From assembly GCA_964016885.1 (NCBI GenBank), contig OZ024742.1, positions 202,988,001-203,052,000 of the forward strand: a DNA stretch of 64,000 bases, read 5' to 3'. This DNA is from Eledone cirrhosa (Eukaryota). The notes beneath the pieces are model-generated. The model was not told where the DNA came from, did not search any database, and saw nothing but the letters and a program-made list of their open reading frames with translations. Below are positions 1 through 12,960 of the stretch, one piece after another (positions within the stretch are counted from its first letter, which is position 1; each line of letters begins with the position of its first letter). The position numbers and the translations under genes were made by a program.

Positions 1-82
1 AGAGGAGAGAATAATTTGAGGTATATTTTCTGTCTCTCTGAGCTCTGAGTTTAAATCCCGCTGAGGTCAATTCTGCTTTTAA

Positions 83-303
83 CCCTTTAGCATTTACATT
101 ACTCTATATTTACTATTGTATTTTCATGGTAAAGGCTTTACCTCACATAATAATCTCACATAATATTGAATCTATGAGATTTTGATATTATTTATTTTGG
201 GAACAATACCTTAACATCAGTATGAGCAGCCAGTTATGGCCAGCTTGAACAGAAAGAGGTGAGAGAATTCTGGCCAGATACAGCTGGTTTAAATGCTAAA
301 GGG
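83..303. mobile_element. piggyBac-like MITE
   Basis: TTAA|CCCTTTAGCATTTA ... TAAATGCTAAAGGG|TTAA: terminal inverted repeats with TTAA duplication; a second copy at 3025-3231. Confidence 0.75.
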
Positions 304-714
304 TTAAATCCTTTAAGGTTGATAAAAACAAAGTACCTTTCTAGTCTTCCTCTATATCCCATTCTCACTTCCTCTCTCTCTCTTTCCTTCCCTAGAAGAA
401 ATCAATTGTGTCCAGAAAAGACTATACAGTCCAATCTACCCTATCAACCCCCCCCCCCAAAAAAAAATACATGCAATATATATACAAATATGCACACTAT
501 TGGATGGCTGTTGAGTCTCCTGAGTTCCATTGTCATTTAACAGTTTTGGCTTTGATTGCACAGGGCATTCAAAATTAACACTTTTAACCAAACACACACA
601 CACACACACACACACACTCTCTCACACATACAGACATATATATATAGAGGAATTGTCCTACATGTTAAATTTAACCATGGTAGTGTCACTCAAGTCTAAA
701 ATCTGTCTCAAGCC

Positions 715-965
715 TGAAGACCCATCAGGCTAGTGTTTATCCCAGTTTCCGTAGCACGAAGTGGCTCAAAGTACAAAACTCGCCCCTTGAACAGGGCAGA
801 CATCCATCACAGGGTTAAACCCCCAGCTATTTCTGGTATGCATTTTCTGATGTGTAAACTGAAGCAATGTGGAATGAAGTGTTTTATTCAAGAACACAAC
901 ATACAACCCAGTTCAGGAATCAAACCTATGCCATTATGATTTTAAGTCCTTTACCACTAGGCCAC
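715..965 (-). mobile_element. Degenerate tRNA-derived SINE (second family)
   Basis: Minus strand begins GTGGCCTAGTGGTAAAG (A box) and has a GGTTTGATTCC B-box-like motif; related pieces at about 1215-1355 (-) and 45105-45400 (+). Confidence 0.5.
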
Positions 966-1198
966 ATCATCATCATCATTTCATCATTTCATTTTACGTC
1001 TGCTTTTCCCTGCTTGCAAAGGTGGGACAGGAACTGATTCTGGCTTGATTTCTACAGCTTGATGCCCTTCCTAACACCAACCTCATTTACAGTGAGTGCT
1101 GGGTGCTTTTTTTCCGTGGTGCCTACACATCCACTTTACAGTGTGGGCTGGGTGCTTTTTTGCCGTGGCACCTCCATGACCACTTTGCAGTGGAATGA
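965..1198 (-). mobile_element. RTE-LINE 3'-end-derived repeat with (TGA)n tail
   Basis: Reverse complement shares GGTTGGTGTTAGGAAGGGCATC and ...GACGTAAAATG(ATG)n with the RTE 3' UTR at 14283-14640; close copy at about 28838-29013. Confidence 0.6.
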
Positions 1199-1471
1199 TA
1201 GGGACCCCAGTCCCTATCACCTCATTTCTACAGCTGAATGAACTGGAGAAATGTGAAATAAAGTGTCTTGCTCAAGGAAACAACACATCACCCAGTCTGA
1301 GAATTGAACTCACAACCTTTCGATTGCAAGGCCAATGCTCTAACCACTAAGCCACATACGTAATATATTGAGATGAAAATCTTAGGTTAAATGAATGTGT
1401 CTAGCCACCAAGGCTTCATAACAGGTGTAGCCAAGGAGAAGTAAACCATGAATAGTACATCTTGGGTAGAA

Positions 1472-1544
1472 CTACCAGGATACAGGATGGAGCTTGACCG
1501 ACTCCAGCTGGGTTGCCTGGGTGATGTTGTCTGATGTTGAACCC
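1472..1544 (-). other. Possible exon of an unidentified minus-strand host transcript
   Basis: Acceptor-like ctgatttgtccttggttgtttttag|GGGTTC in non-repetitive sequence; one frame reads GSTSDNITQATQLESVKLHPVSW*. I recognise no homology. Confidence 0.25.
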
Positions 1545-2656
1545 CTAAAAACAACCAAGGACAAATCAGTTGAAAAAGAAAATAAACTCCCTCTAGGAGT
1601 TATTACAGCATCAACATCGCCATTTTTACGTTGCCTTTCCCGTGTTGACTTACGATGGATGAGACATTTTGAGGCAATGTTTTACAGACAGATGCCCTTG
1701 CTGACACTAACCCTTTTAGTTGCTTCTTACAACATGCAGGGATATACAAAATGCATATACATAGATGTGTGTGTTTGCATGTGTGCATGTGTGTGTTTAC
1801 AATGAGCTTCTGAGATTTCTGTCTACCAAATATCAACCCCAGTACATATTTTTTAGATTTGGTGCTTATTTATTAATCCCTTTTTGTGGAGCCAGTAAAT
1901 TATGGGGCGTAAACAGTAAATGTAAACACAGACATAAACACACACACACATTTATACATATATGCATATAAATATATACATACATATATATACACATAAC
2001 CATACATATACATATATACATAATCTTACATACTCTCGCCCGCTCTCTCTCACACACACACACAGAAACCAATTCAAAAATAATAAACAACTAAGGGAGA
2101 TAACTCTAATACTATCTGATAAACATTTGAAAACTATAGATATGATACAGGTGGGAGTGAATGTAGTTTTTAACCTCTTCATTTGCCTATTTATGTTTTA
2201 AAATACTGATTTGAGAGGGATTTATTGAATATAACAAACTTTCTAATTATTAAGCTGGGTTTTGAAATATAACAAAAGTTCTAACATAAAATTGATGGAA
2301 GGTTTTTAGATAAATCATCATCCTCAATTAATATCCATTTTCCAAGCTAGTATGGGTTAGATGAGTTGTCTCATTTGAGGCAAGTCTTGCCAGGTGACTG
2401 TCTTGCTCATACAGCACTGTTTCTAGCTTTGTTTCTATGGCTGGATATAAATAAAAAAGAACTTTAAAACAAAATTTACATCATAGAACCAAGGACCCTC
2501 TCAAGCAGTTTGGTACCAAAAGGGAGAAAGTCCCCTGGTAATGAAAGTTACTGAAAATTATCATCAACCCTTTCATTACAATATTTTTAAAGAAAACCAG
2601 AGTCTATGATTTTTAAATCATTTCTAAAATAAAGTTATTGGAACTATTTAGTAATA

Positions 2657-3000
2657 CAGGGGAACCTCGGTTCATGAACTTAACTCATTCCTGAAAGCCT
2701 TTTGTCACCCGAAATGTTTGTAAGCCAAAACTATTTTTCCCATACGAAATGTTGAGAGAGAAATACAGTGAGAGAAAGAGAGAGACTATGTGGAAAAGAC
2801 AGATATCACCATAGTAACTAACTATACAGTAAGTGACGCTTTCCCACTGATGCTCCAAGCTTGTTGCCAACCATTTTTGCTGGCTTACGTGTTCATTACT
2901 TGAGACACCATTTATGAACAGAGATGGTTTCTGTTCAGAAAATTTGTTCGTGAACCAATTTGTTTGAGATGAGAGGCATTCATGAACCATGGTTCCACTG
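2657..3000. mobile_element. Tigger/pogo-type MITE
   Basis: TA|CAGGGGAACCTCGGTTCATGAA ... TTCATGAACCATGGTTCCACTG|TA: TIRs with TA duplication. Confidence 0.75.
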
Positions 3001-3024
3001 TATATCAAATTTCCTCATTATTAA

Positions 3025-3231
3025 CCCTTTAGCATTTATATTACTCTATATATACTATTGTATTTTCATGGGAAAGTCTTTATCTTACATGATTATATTC
3101 ACATAATATCAAGTCTACAAGATTTTGAGAACAATATCTTAACATCAGTAAGAGCAGCCAGTTACGACCAGTTTGAACAGAAAAAGGTGAGAGAATGCTG
3201 GCTAGATATGGCTGGTTTAAATGCTAAAAGG
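3025..3231. mobile_element. piggyBac-like MITE (copy of 83-303)
   Basis: TTAA|CCCTTTAGCATTTA ... TAAATGCTAAAAGG|TTAA; internal sequence similar to 83-303. Confidence 0.75.
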
Positions 3232-3508
3232 TTAAGTTGAGGTTTGGAACATAACTTTCCATGATAGCATGGGTTGGACATGTCCTTTCCAGAACAACCT
3301 CCACTCATAGCATTCCTTCATCATATCTGTGAGGTTCAGCATTTTGAGATCAGCTCTAACCACCTCTTCCCATATATATATATAAACACTTTAAAACAAA
3401 CAGTTTTGTATTAAAGAACCAAGAGCTCTTTCAACTGGTTTGGTATCAAAAAGGTTAAATTTAACTGATGGTTGAAATTTGTTCTTTCAATATTAACAAT
3501 TCCATTAA

Positions 3509-3740
3509 CCCTTTCATAACCATATTTCTAATGAAATACACTCTGTTTTAACTTATTAATGAAGAATTTCGATGTATTTACTAAACTTATTAATTATTTA
3601 ATTACTAAGACAGTAACTTAATATAAGGTTCTTATATAAAATTATGTTGGGAGATTTTAATTTAAATTGGAAACATTTAAGATGGATGGTTTTCTTTCAT
3701 AGAACCAGAGCTAGGTTTGTCCAGGTTGGTAACGAAAGGG
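3509..3740. mobile_element. piggyBac-like MITE, second family
   Basis: TTAA|CCCTTTCATAACCA ... TGGTAACGAAAGGG|TTAA; degraded relatives at about 2165-2525 and 3385-3458. Confidence 0.65.
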
Positions 3741-3824
3741 TTAATGAGCTTAACTGAAACTAGCAGTAAAACTATATCTGTATGTTGAAGTATGTGTTAC
3801 CAAGTTAAGAAAGTACAACACGCG

Positions 3825-4830
3825 CACACACACAGATAGATGTACAGACTTACAGACACACAGTCAGACAGACACACACACACAGAAATAGGCTCATAGA
3901 CAAACATACACACAGACAGACACACACAGACAGAGACATACAAAGACACACACACAGACAGACATACAAACACACAGACAAAGACATAGACACACAGACA
4001 GACAGATAGACGGACATACAGGCAGACATACAAACACACAGACAGACACACACACACACACACAGACAGACATACAGACAGACAGACATACAGACAGACA
4101 TATAGATGGACATACAGACAGACAGACAGACAGATAGACGGACATACAGACAGACATACAAACAGACATACAAACACACAGACAGACAGACACACACACA
4201 CACACACACAGACAGACATACAGACAGACATATAGATGGACATACAGACAGACAGACAGACAGACAGATAGACGGACATACAGACACACAGACATAGACG
4301 GACATACAGACAGACAGAGACAGACAGACAGACATACGGATATACAAATAGACAGACATACAGACAGATAGACGGACATACAGACAGATAGACGGACATA
4401 CAGACAGACAGATATACAGACTGACAGATAGACGGACATACAAAGAGAGACAGATAGACGGACATACAGACAGACAGTCAGACATACAGACAGACAGAGA
4501 TATACAAAGAGACAGACAGATAGACAGATATACAGGCATACAGATAGATGGACATACAGACAGACAGATCGACAGACATACAGGGACATACAGATAGACA
4601 GACATCCAGACAAACAGACTGCCCGATTGACAGACATATGCACAGACAGACAGTCACACAGACAATCTGGTAGACAGACAGACATCCAGACAAACAGACT
4701 GCCCGATTGACAGACATATGCACAGACAGACAGTCACACAGACAATCTGGTAGACAGACAGACAGACATCCAGACAATCTGGTAGACAGACAGTCACACA
4801 GACAATCTGGTAGACAGACAGACATCAGAC
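3825..4830. repeat. Compound (CAGA)n/(CATA)/(CA)n microsatellite
   Basis: About 1 kb of CAGA/CAGACATA/GACG units, with an internal duplication of roughly 75 bp near 4600-4760. Confidence 0.95.
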
Positions 4831-4942
4831 AAAGAAAGAGATCTTATGCTCAGAATATTTGTATCTGTGTTCTACCCTGATATGTCATGACACACCCAGA
4901 TATAAGCATTCTTCAATTCTTGGTTTACCAGGTGGATTCAAC

Positions 4943-4972
4943 ACAGCCACCACTACCACCACTACCACAACA

Positions 4973-5007
<35 letters not shown>

Positions 5008-5224
5008 CATTACTGCCACAACAACAATCACCTTAATCACAAACACCACTAAGACCACCACATTTTTACTACTACCATCATAGCCACCACTACCACCACT
5101 ACCACAACAACAACTACTACTACTACCACCATTACTGCCACAACAACAATCACCTTAGTCACAAACACCACTAAGACCACCACATTTTTACTACTACCAT
5201 CATAGCCACCACTACCACAACAAC

Positions 5225-5257
<33 letters not shown>

Positions 5258-5880
5258 TACTGCCACAACAACAATCACCTTAATCACAAACACCACTAAG
5301 ACCACCACATTTTTACTACTACCATCATAGCCACCACTACCACCACAGTATCAATCACCACTGCCACCTCCATCAACAACACCGCATTATCACTATCACC
5401 AGAATCACAAACACCACCATCACCACAGACATCATCACCACCACCACCACCACCACCACCAATACGACCATCAGCAACACTGCATCACCATCAAAATCAT
5501 CACTACCATCACTATAACCACAACCAACGCCACCACCATCACCATCATCACCACCACTAATACCACCATCACTACCGACACTACCATCACAACCATCACT
5601 TCTATCACCATAACCACCACCAACGCCACCACCGCTATCATCACCACCATCGCCGACACCTCCATCACTACTACTCTCACCAGATACCAGCACCACCACC
5701 ACTGCCACGACTATCAGCAACACCACATTATTATCATCATCATAACTACCACCACCTCCACTGTCATAATCACTACCATTACCACTAATACCACCACTGC
5801 CATCATCACCATAACTAGAACTACCACCATCGACACCACCCTCACTATCACTTCCATCAGTAACACCACCATCTCCACCA
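4943..5880. repeat. (ACT)n/(ACC)n/(ATC)n trinucleotide complex
   Basis: Trinucleotide tracts; a block of about 120-130 bp (...CACAAACACCACTAAGACCACCACATTTTTACTACTACCATCA...) occurs three times in 4945-5340. Confidence 0.9.
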
Positions 5881-6040
5881 TGTAGACATACCAGACATAT
5901 TCTGTTGTTCTCTACACAATTGTTGGTATGTTATGTAATATAGGATGTCAAGAAGAGGTGGTGGTGGTGGTGATGGTGCAGGTGATGATGATGATGATCA
6001 TCATCATCATTAATGGTAGTCATAGTAGTGATGATGATAA

Positions 6041-6330
6041 TAATTGTTTCTACTTTTGGCACAAGGCCAGCAATTATCCAGTGTATTACTGGTACTTTAT
6101 TTTATCGACCCTGTAAGGATGAAAGGCAATGAACTCAGACCATAAAGTGCCGTAACTCTTTGCAAAGCATGGCGTCCGACCCTCTACCGATACTGCCAGT
6201 CCATCTTCTGATTTAGACACAAGGCCAACAATTTTGAGGAAGGTTACAGTCAATTAAATCGACCCAAGTGCATTACTGGTTCTTTATTTTATCGACCCTG
6301 TAAGGATGAAAGGCAAAACTAACCTCACTA
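6041..6330 (-). mobile_element. Two partial octopus-type tRNA SINE copies
   Basis: Reverse complement of the CTTTCATCCTTAC.GGGTCGATAAAATAAAGTACCAGT...GGCCTTGTGCCAAAAGTAGAAAC core. Confidence 0.75.
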
Positions 6331-6484
6331 ACTGAACAATTTAGTGATGATGATAATAATGATGGTGATTGGTGATGGTAGTTATAAATGTAATCAGAAT
6401 GATGGTGAGAATAACGATAGTAGTGGTAGAGGTGATGGTAATGATGGAAAAAATGCTGCTGATGATGATGATGCTGATGCTGTG

Positions 6485-6930
6485 CATGGATACATTGAAG
6501 CTCCGACATCTGGCAACTGACTTGGTAAATACCCACAAAATTATTAACCATCTTGCCAATAACAACCCTGCGCACCTTTTTGAATTCCAAGTGTCTAACA
6601 CGTGTGGGCATCCCTACAAAGTCAGAAAACAGCACAGCTCCCATGACTTTCAGAAACATTTTTTCATGCTCAGAGTTGCTAAAGCCTGGAACAAACTAGC
6701 TGCATCAGTTGTTAGCTGTTGGGACACTGCATCATTTAAAACCTCCATGCTTCCTGAAATTCGCCAACACTACACCTGATATCTCCCCTCCATACACACG
6801 CACACATGTATATCATGACTCATACACTGTTCACTTTCCTGACATTTGTACATTAGTCTATGTACTATACATGCACCTTTGATGAGTTGTAGTGCACCTG
6901 AGCACTGTACACAATAATTTCATTATTCAT
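6485..6930 (+). mobile_element. CR1-clade LINE 3' fragment
   Basis: ORF 6369-6779 encodes ..LRHLATDLVNTHKII..TCGHPYKVRK..KHFFMLRVAKAWNKL..VVS..SFK, the typical CR1 ORF2 C-terminus, followed by a 3' UTR. Confidence 0.8.
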
Positions 6931-7049
6931 GATTGTAGTAGTTGTTCTGGTGATGATAGTGATGGTGACTATGATTACTACATGCCTGGGAACGGTGATG
7001 ACACAATATAGTGATAGGTCAAAGCAAAGTAGAATAGTTGTAATAGAAC

Positions 7050-7425
7050 TTATATAGTAAACATCACACTATGTTAGGTGAGAGCATAGTGGCCTACTAA
7101 CCATTGCAGGACCTGGTGGGGTTAACACAACATAGTATATATAGTGTGAGTTTAGTGACCTAAATATCTGGTGGGGCTAACACACCATAGTATATGTGGT
7201 GTGAGCATAGTGGCATAATGGTTATTACAGAATCTGGTGGGGTGATACACCATACTATATGTGGTGAGAGAACAGTGACCCGACCATAGTATATGTAGTC
7301 AGATCATAGTGGCCTAAAGGCCTAGCAAGGTAACACACCTTAGTACACGAGGTGGAGCATAGTAGCCTACTAGATATTACGGGACCTAGTAAGTGTAACT
7401 CCATAGTATGTGTAGTGACAGCATA
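7050..7425. repeat. Degenerate minisatellite of about 60 bp
   Basis: Recurring CATAGTATATGT(A/G)GTG.GAGCATAGTGGCCTA...TGGTGGGG..AACACAC units. Confidence 0.65.
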
Positions 7426-9042
7426 GAACTTTCACACTTCCTGACTAGGGGGCGAACTGTTAAAGTTGTTAGTCCTTAGGACAAAAGGCTTTGCAGTATC
7501 TATTCCATCTCCTTGCACTCTGAATTGGAATCATGCTGAGGTCAACCTTGCCTCTCTTTCTTTCAGGATCAGGAAAATAGGATTGTGGGATCATGGCTGA
7601 CACATTTGGTAATGTAAGCCTAGATACACTATAAATGAATAAAATTTGGCATGGCTAAGATTGGAAAACCTTTAATCATAAATCTGCTGGATCAGGACTG
7701 ACCTCAAACCAAACAAAGGAAATAGTCAACTGATAAAGTAATCCTAAATAAACTGTGTGAATAAAAGACAGGATGGTCATGGTTGGAACACATTTTATCA
7801 TAGGTCTGGTAAATCAGGACTAACCTGAGGACTATAACAACCACAAGGAAGTATACATTAGATACTGTAGTTTGAGATACATTATATCTGAAAAGATGAG
7901 GCGGGCATGACAGAGATTCCTTTCTGCCTTCCCATGTGCACAAGTCGAAGCATACATCTAGTATGCACTACTCTACCTTACATCTCCTTTCCATACAACT
8001 CCAGTGTCCTAACACCCCTCCCTTGATCCATCCCTCACCTGATAAGGATCCTACCCTAGATCTTCCTCTCCAATCCACATGCACCTCCCCCACCCCACTG
8101 CAAAGTGGTCGTTTCTGGTGCCATGATAAAAAGCAGCCAGTCCACACTGTAAAGTGGTCATGAAGGTGTCACAACAAAAAACACCCAGTTCACATTGTAA
8201 AGTGGTCATATAACAAGAAACCGTAAAGTGGTTATGTAGGTGTCACAACAAAAGCACCTAGTCCACACTGTAAAGTACTCACTGTAAATGTGGTTGGCAT
8301 TAGAAAGGGCATTTAGCCATAGAAACCAAACCAAAATTGGTCCAGTGTAAGCAAGACACAGTCAATCATCTGATCTGGTTTGACTCACATCTGGACACCT
8401 CGTCTAACCCATGCCAGCATAGAAAAATGGACATTAAACGGTGATGATGATGATATATGGAGGATCTGGCCTGATCTGCGGCCAAAACAAACAAATAATG
8501 AAATGCTTACAGTGTATTAGAAACCAAGATACTCTGTTTTTAATGTAAAGGCCCAGTATCATACCTACACATCAATTCCAGCAAATTCTTTATGAAATAA
8601 GTCCCTTTTGATTTTGTCCATGGTCCACGTGTATTTCATATTTTACAAATATGAATTTGAAAAGGTATATTATAGGCGTGGAATCAAGTCCCACAAGCAG
8701 TGCTGTACACATTATTTCCATCTCCAAGGTTTATATATCCAATTTATTAGACTATATTTCATAGCCAAACAACATTGATGCTTCTAACTTTCAAATTCAA
8801 AAACTTCCTATCACTCAACAGTTCTAAAAATATATTTATATATTCATTTTTCTGGAATAATTTTGCTGTTGGATGGGCTCTGCTATGATAACAGGTTAAA
8901 ATATTCATACCAAAACTCTTGAGTTAATAATACATAAACATATTGTATATACCTTCATGTACACTTCTATTATGAAATCCATATATTAGAACTACAGCTT
9001 ATATATATATAATTTTGACCATCTCCCTATATATATATATAC

Positions 9043-9105
<63 letters not shown>

Positions 9106-9566
9106 CGTGTGTATATATATATATATAAACGTTTGTATATGTATAATAAAGCCAAAACAATGCAGGTATGGACATAGAATAAAGAATGCAAATGCAAAAG
9201 ATATTGTTGACAATTAGTCTTTTACCTTAGATTTATTTAAGTGTCCTTAATTTTCGACATAATATCTCTTCTTCGGAGGGAAGTAAAGCAGTTAAACCAG
9301 TGTTCTAAATAGCTTGCCAAGTCAATGTAACCGATGTGCAACCACGCAGCACTCCATTTTTCTTATATATATATATAAGAAAAATGGAGTTCACACAGGT
9401 GAACGGGAGGAAGTGAGAGAGGGAGAGAAGTAGAGAGTGAGTGAGTGGAAGTGTGAGGAAGAGGCCAGCTGAGAGAGAGTGTGACTGGCAGAGGGGGTAA
9501 AAAGGTGAGAGATACAGAGAGAGGGGAAGCAGTAAGAAAGAAACAGACAATATATATATATATATA

Positions 9567-10218
9567 TCAATAAAGATAGACGGTAGCTACGGAGTAGGCA
9601 GACCCAGAAAAACCTGGGACGACCTGATAAATTCCGACCTCACACACTTACACCTCTCCAAGACAATGTCACTGGACCGAGACCTTTGGCGGTACTCAGT
9701 AATAGAGAAGACCCGCCTTACCTAAATACAAAGTAAAACCTACTACAGTCAGTAGGCACCTCTAACAAAATACACCCCCGTCCCACCCCATCCACACCGC
9801 CCCTTTCAATGTAAAGTTATGTTGGTTCCACAACATCCAGGCCGAAACAAATGAGATTGTGTAGGTGTCACGACAAAAAAACACACAGTCCACGCTGTAA
9901 TGTGGCCGTGTAGGCAACACGGTAAAAACCTCCCAGCCCCACACTGTAAATGTGGTTGGTGTTAGGAAGGGCATCCAGCTGTAGAAAACCCGCCAGACAG
10001 TCCACGCTGTAATGTGGCCGTGTAGGCAACACGGTAAAAACCTCCCAGCCCCACACTGTAAATGTGGTTGGTGTTAGGAAGGGCAACCAGCTGTAGAAAA
10101 CCCGCCAGACAGTCCTATGCGAGCAAGACAATCACTCTTGCCTCAAGTGGGAAAACCCCCGTCCAAACCCATGCAAGCGTGGAACACGGACGTTAAATGA
10201 TGATGATGATGATGATGA
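9567..10218 (+). mobile_element. 5'-truncated RTE LINE copy
   Basis: Near-identical to 14113-14640; starts after (TA)n, ends in a (TGA)n tail; carries an internal tandem duplication of about 110 bp. Confidence 0.85.
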
Positions 10219-10325
10219 TATACGTATGTATATATATGTATATATAATATAGGGAGATGGTAAAAATTGGGCCTTGAAACATTAGGTCGTGCTTTTGTTC
10301 TGTGTATGAATATAAATTATATATA

Positions 10326-11040
10326 CTAGCAGAAAAACCACCCTTCAGGTGGTTTTCTGCTAGCATGTGTAGTGTGCATGTTTATATTATATGCAAGTAT
10401 ATATGCATGTAGATATATGTCAAATAAAATCGTAATTGACAATATAAACAGAAATTGAAGAGAGACTGTGTTATACTGTCTTATGTAATCAGTAGCGTAA
10501 TCCATGATACATTAAAAAAAGACAACATTATATATAAACTACATTACAGTAAAATGTAATGAAACCTTATATAATGATGCAAATATATTGATGTTTATAT
10601 AAGCAATGTAATAAATGTTATGGTATAATGGACGCTAACCGGAAGTGTTGACATTTGAAATTTTTTATAGAAATGAATCTTAAAATAAGCAATCATTATA
10701 TATAAGAATATTTATGTTTAATCAACAGCTACAAAATTTAATAGATAAATTATGTAATATTCATTTATTATCTGGATTGGCAGTATCGGTAGAGGGTCGG
10801 ACGCCATGCTTTCCAGCATAGTTACGTCCCTTTATGATCTGAGTTCAAAGCCCGCCGAGGTTGACTTTGCCTTTCATCCTTACGGGGTCGATAAAATAAA
10901 GTACCAGTAATGCACTGGGTAATTGCTGGCCTTGTACCAAAAGTAGAAACAATTATTTATTCAAAGTAATCTAACTTATTTTACTAACGGGATAAAAAAA
11001 CATATTCGGGACGCAGTCCCGCACTCCTCCCTTTATTATA
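10326..11040 (-). mobile_element. Non-autonomous Helitron copy 1 (interrupted by a SINE)
   Basis: Minus-strand 3' end is a terminal hairpin (CTAGCAGAAAACCACC..GGTGGTTTTTCTG) followed by CTAG|T; homologous to 11045-11526. Confidence 0.7.
10773..10955 (+). mobile_element. Octopus-type tRNA-derived SINE
   Basis: A box TGGCAGTATCGGTAG, B box GAGTTCAAAGCC, conserved core, ends ..AGTAGAAACAATTA; inserted into the Helitron. Confidence 0.8.
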
Positions 11041-11044
11041 ATTA

Positions 11045-11526
11045 CTAGCAGAAAAACCACCCTTTGGGTGGTTTTCTGCTAGCATGTGTAGTGTGTATAT
11101 TGATATTATATGCAAGTATATATACATGTAGATATGATATGTCAAATAAAATCGTAATTGACAATATAGTCAGAAATTGAAGAGAGACTGTGTTATACTG
11201 TCTTATGTAATCAGTAACGTAATCCATGATACATAAAAAAAAAGACGATATTATATATAAACTACATTAGGAGAAAATTTGTGACAGAAAATTAATATGT
11301 TTATTTAAGCGATCGCCACCGGAAGTGTTGACATTTGAACATTTTAAAGAAGTGAATCTTTAAATAAATAATAAAATATATTTAATGAACAACCACAAAA
11401 TTTAGTAGATAAATTATGTAATATTCATTCATTATTTATTCCAAGTAATCCAATTTATTTTACTAATGGGATAAAAAATTATAAACAGTATGCAGTCCCG
11501 CGCTTCTTACTTTATTATAGTTTAGA
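11045..11526 (-). mobile_element. Non-autonomous Helitron copy 2
   Basis: Minus strand reads A|TCTAAACTATAATAAAG ... hairpin-CTAG|T: canonical TC...CTAG ends inserted between A and T. Confidence 0.75.
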
Positions 11527-11763
11527 TAATTTAGCTGCTGGTGTTTTTGCATAGCTGCGGCTTTCTAAATGTTTATAAACATACCGTATTCCTTTAGAAA
11601 TACGAAATTCTAATACGTATCTGTATATAGCTGTGCTTGAAGCAAAATTCTAATTCTATTCTATTATAAGTTGATCTAACTTATACAGCTTCATATGCAA
11701 ATGAGATTAATCACCTTATTTACACAAACGAGAAAACTATATATTCTTGCCTGTTTTCAAAGT

Positions 11764-11852
11764 CCAGCAGTTGCAAGAGCAGGAGAGATCGTCCTGATGA
11801 GAACCAGTTCAGTTCGAAATGCATCAACGATTGTCTCCCTTGCTTCTGCTGG
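11764..11852 (+). ncRNA. Type I hammerhead ribozyme motif (family A)
   Basis: ATCGTC-CTGATGA-GAAC cagttca GTTC-GAAA-TGCA-TC^AACGAT; stem I extends through GGAGA/TCTCC, GCAAG/CTTGC and CCAGCAG/CTGCTGG. Confidence 0.8.
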
Positions 11853-12329
11853 ATACCACCAGGTGGCGATTGCTGTCCGTGTTTTTGCATAGTTACAGCT
11901 TTCTGTTTATTCTTTAGAAATACAAAATTCTGATACATATCTGTATACAACTATGCTCGAAGCAAAATTCTAATTCTATTATATATATAGTGTATTTATA
12001 TGTAATGTTTAATTACTATTGATTCACCAGTTTGTGCACTCAATGCTAATGTGGGTCCAGGAGTCAATAGTCAATCTGGGATTCTACATTAACCAGTATT
12101 CTTAGAAAGCAGTGTTACTAATAATAGCAATAATAAGGAGCAGAAATGAAGAATCAATATAACATCATTAAGTTTATTCATATGTGATGCGCGTTTTGTG
12201 ATTGATCAGCTCAAGGTATGATCGGTAGTGATTGCGCTCAACACTAAGATCGATAGCTCATCAGATTGTGGATTCTTGAATGAGAATATGACTTCTGTTA
12301 AAGAAGTATCTAATTTTCAGCTAGAGAAA

Positions 12330-12960
12330 AAAAATCATGCACTTGGTAGAGTTCAATTGCTAATCAGCTATGAAGCTCTTTGTACCTCCACACACTTATC
12401 CCGGTGATCCTTCCACAGTTCAAGGCACATCTGGAATGCTTCTTGCAGAATTGCTCTAAGCTTTGCTTTTGCAGTCAACATGATGTCATCATGGGTCTCT
12501 TTCAGTGGCATGTTTGTTTTGAGGAACAACTAGAAGTCAAAAAACCCACGTCTAGAGAATTAGGAGCCTGGTGAATGAGTGAAATTACTTTCTTTACCAA
12601 GAAACCTTGTATCAGCTACAATAAATGAGCTGGAGTATTGCCAGGATACAGTGAACAGCATTGAAAGGTCCACAGATCATGCCAAATGCACTGATATGCA
12701 TCTTTAAGTCACCAGAGGACTTCCTGGTAGTACTCGTTTGTAATTGTCTGTCCTTCTGGTCTGTATTTGTGGTATACAAGACCTCAGTAGTTGAAGGAAT
12801 TAATCAGCATCACTTTGATCTTGTACCACACCTGACCCACTTTTGGAGCCTTGGTAATGTTCGATGTTTCCAATGTAATGATTGAGATTTGGTTTCTGTT
12901 TTGGACACACACAAACAGCCATGATTTATCCTCAGTTAAAACATTCAGAAACTCATGTTT
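12330..12960 (-). pseudogene. Degraded mariner transposase remnant
   Basis: Minus strand around 12375-12420 reads ELWKDHRDKCVEVQR, resembling the mariner C-terminal W..RWDKCV..QG motif; many stops elsewhere. Confidence 0.5.

Noticed and set aside
3797-6659. CLSV-, poly-T-, poly-V- and Gly/Asp-rich ORFs
   Set aside because: Translations of microsatellites; the same applies to all YIYIYI ORFs across the window.
8565-8824. Protein-coding exon on the minus strand
   Set aside because: Splice-like borders exist but all three frames contain stops; retained only as a possible non-coding exon.
10773-10955. SINE heads as tRNA genes
   Set aside because: A/B boxes are present, but there is no cloverleaf and they continue into a multi-copy SINE body.
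12181-12272. Minus-strand CTGATGA...AAAACGCGCATC as a hammerhead
   Set aside because: GAAA is absent and no convincing stem I can be formed.
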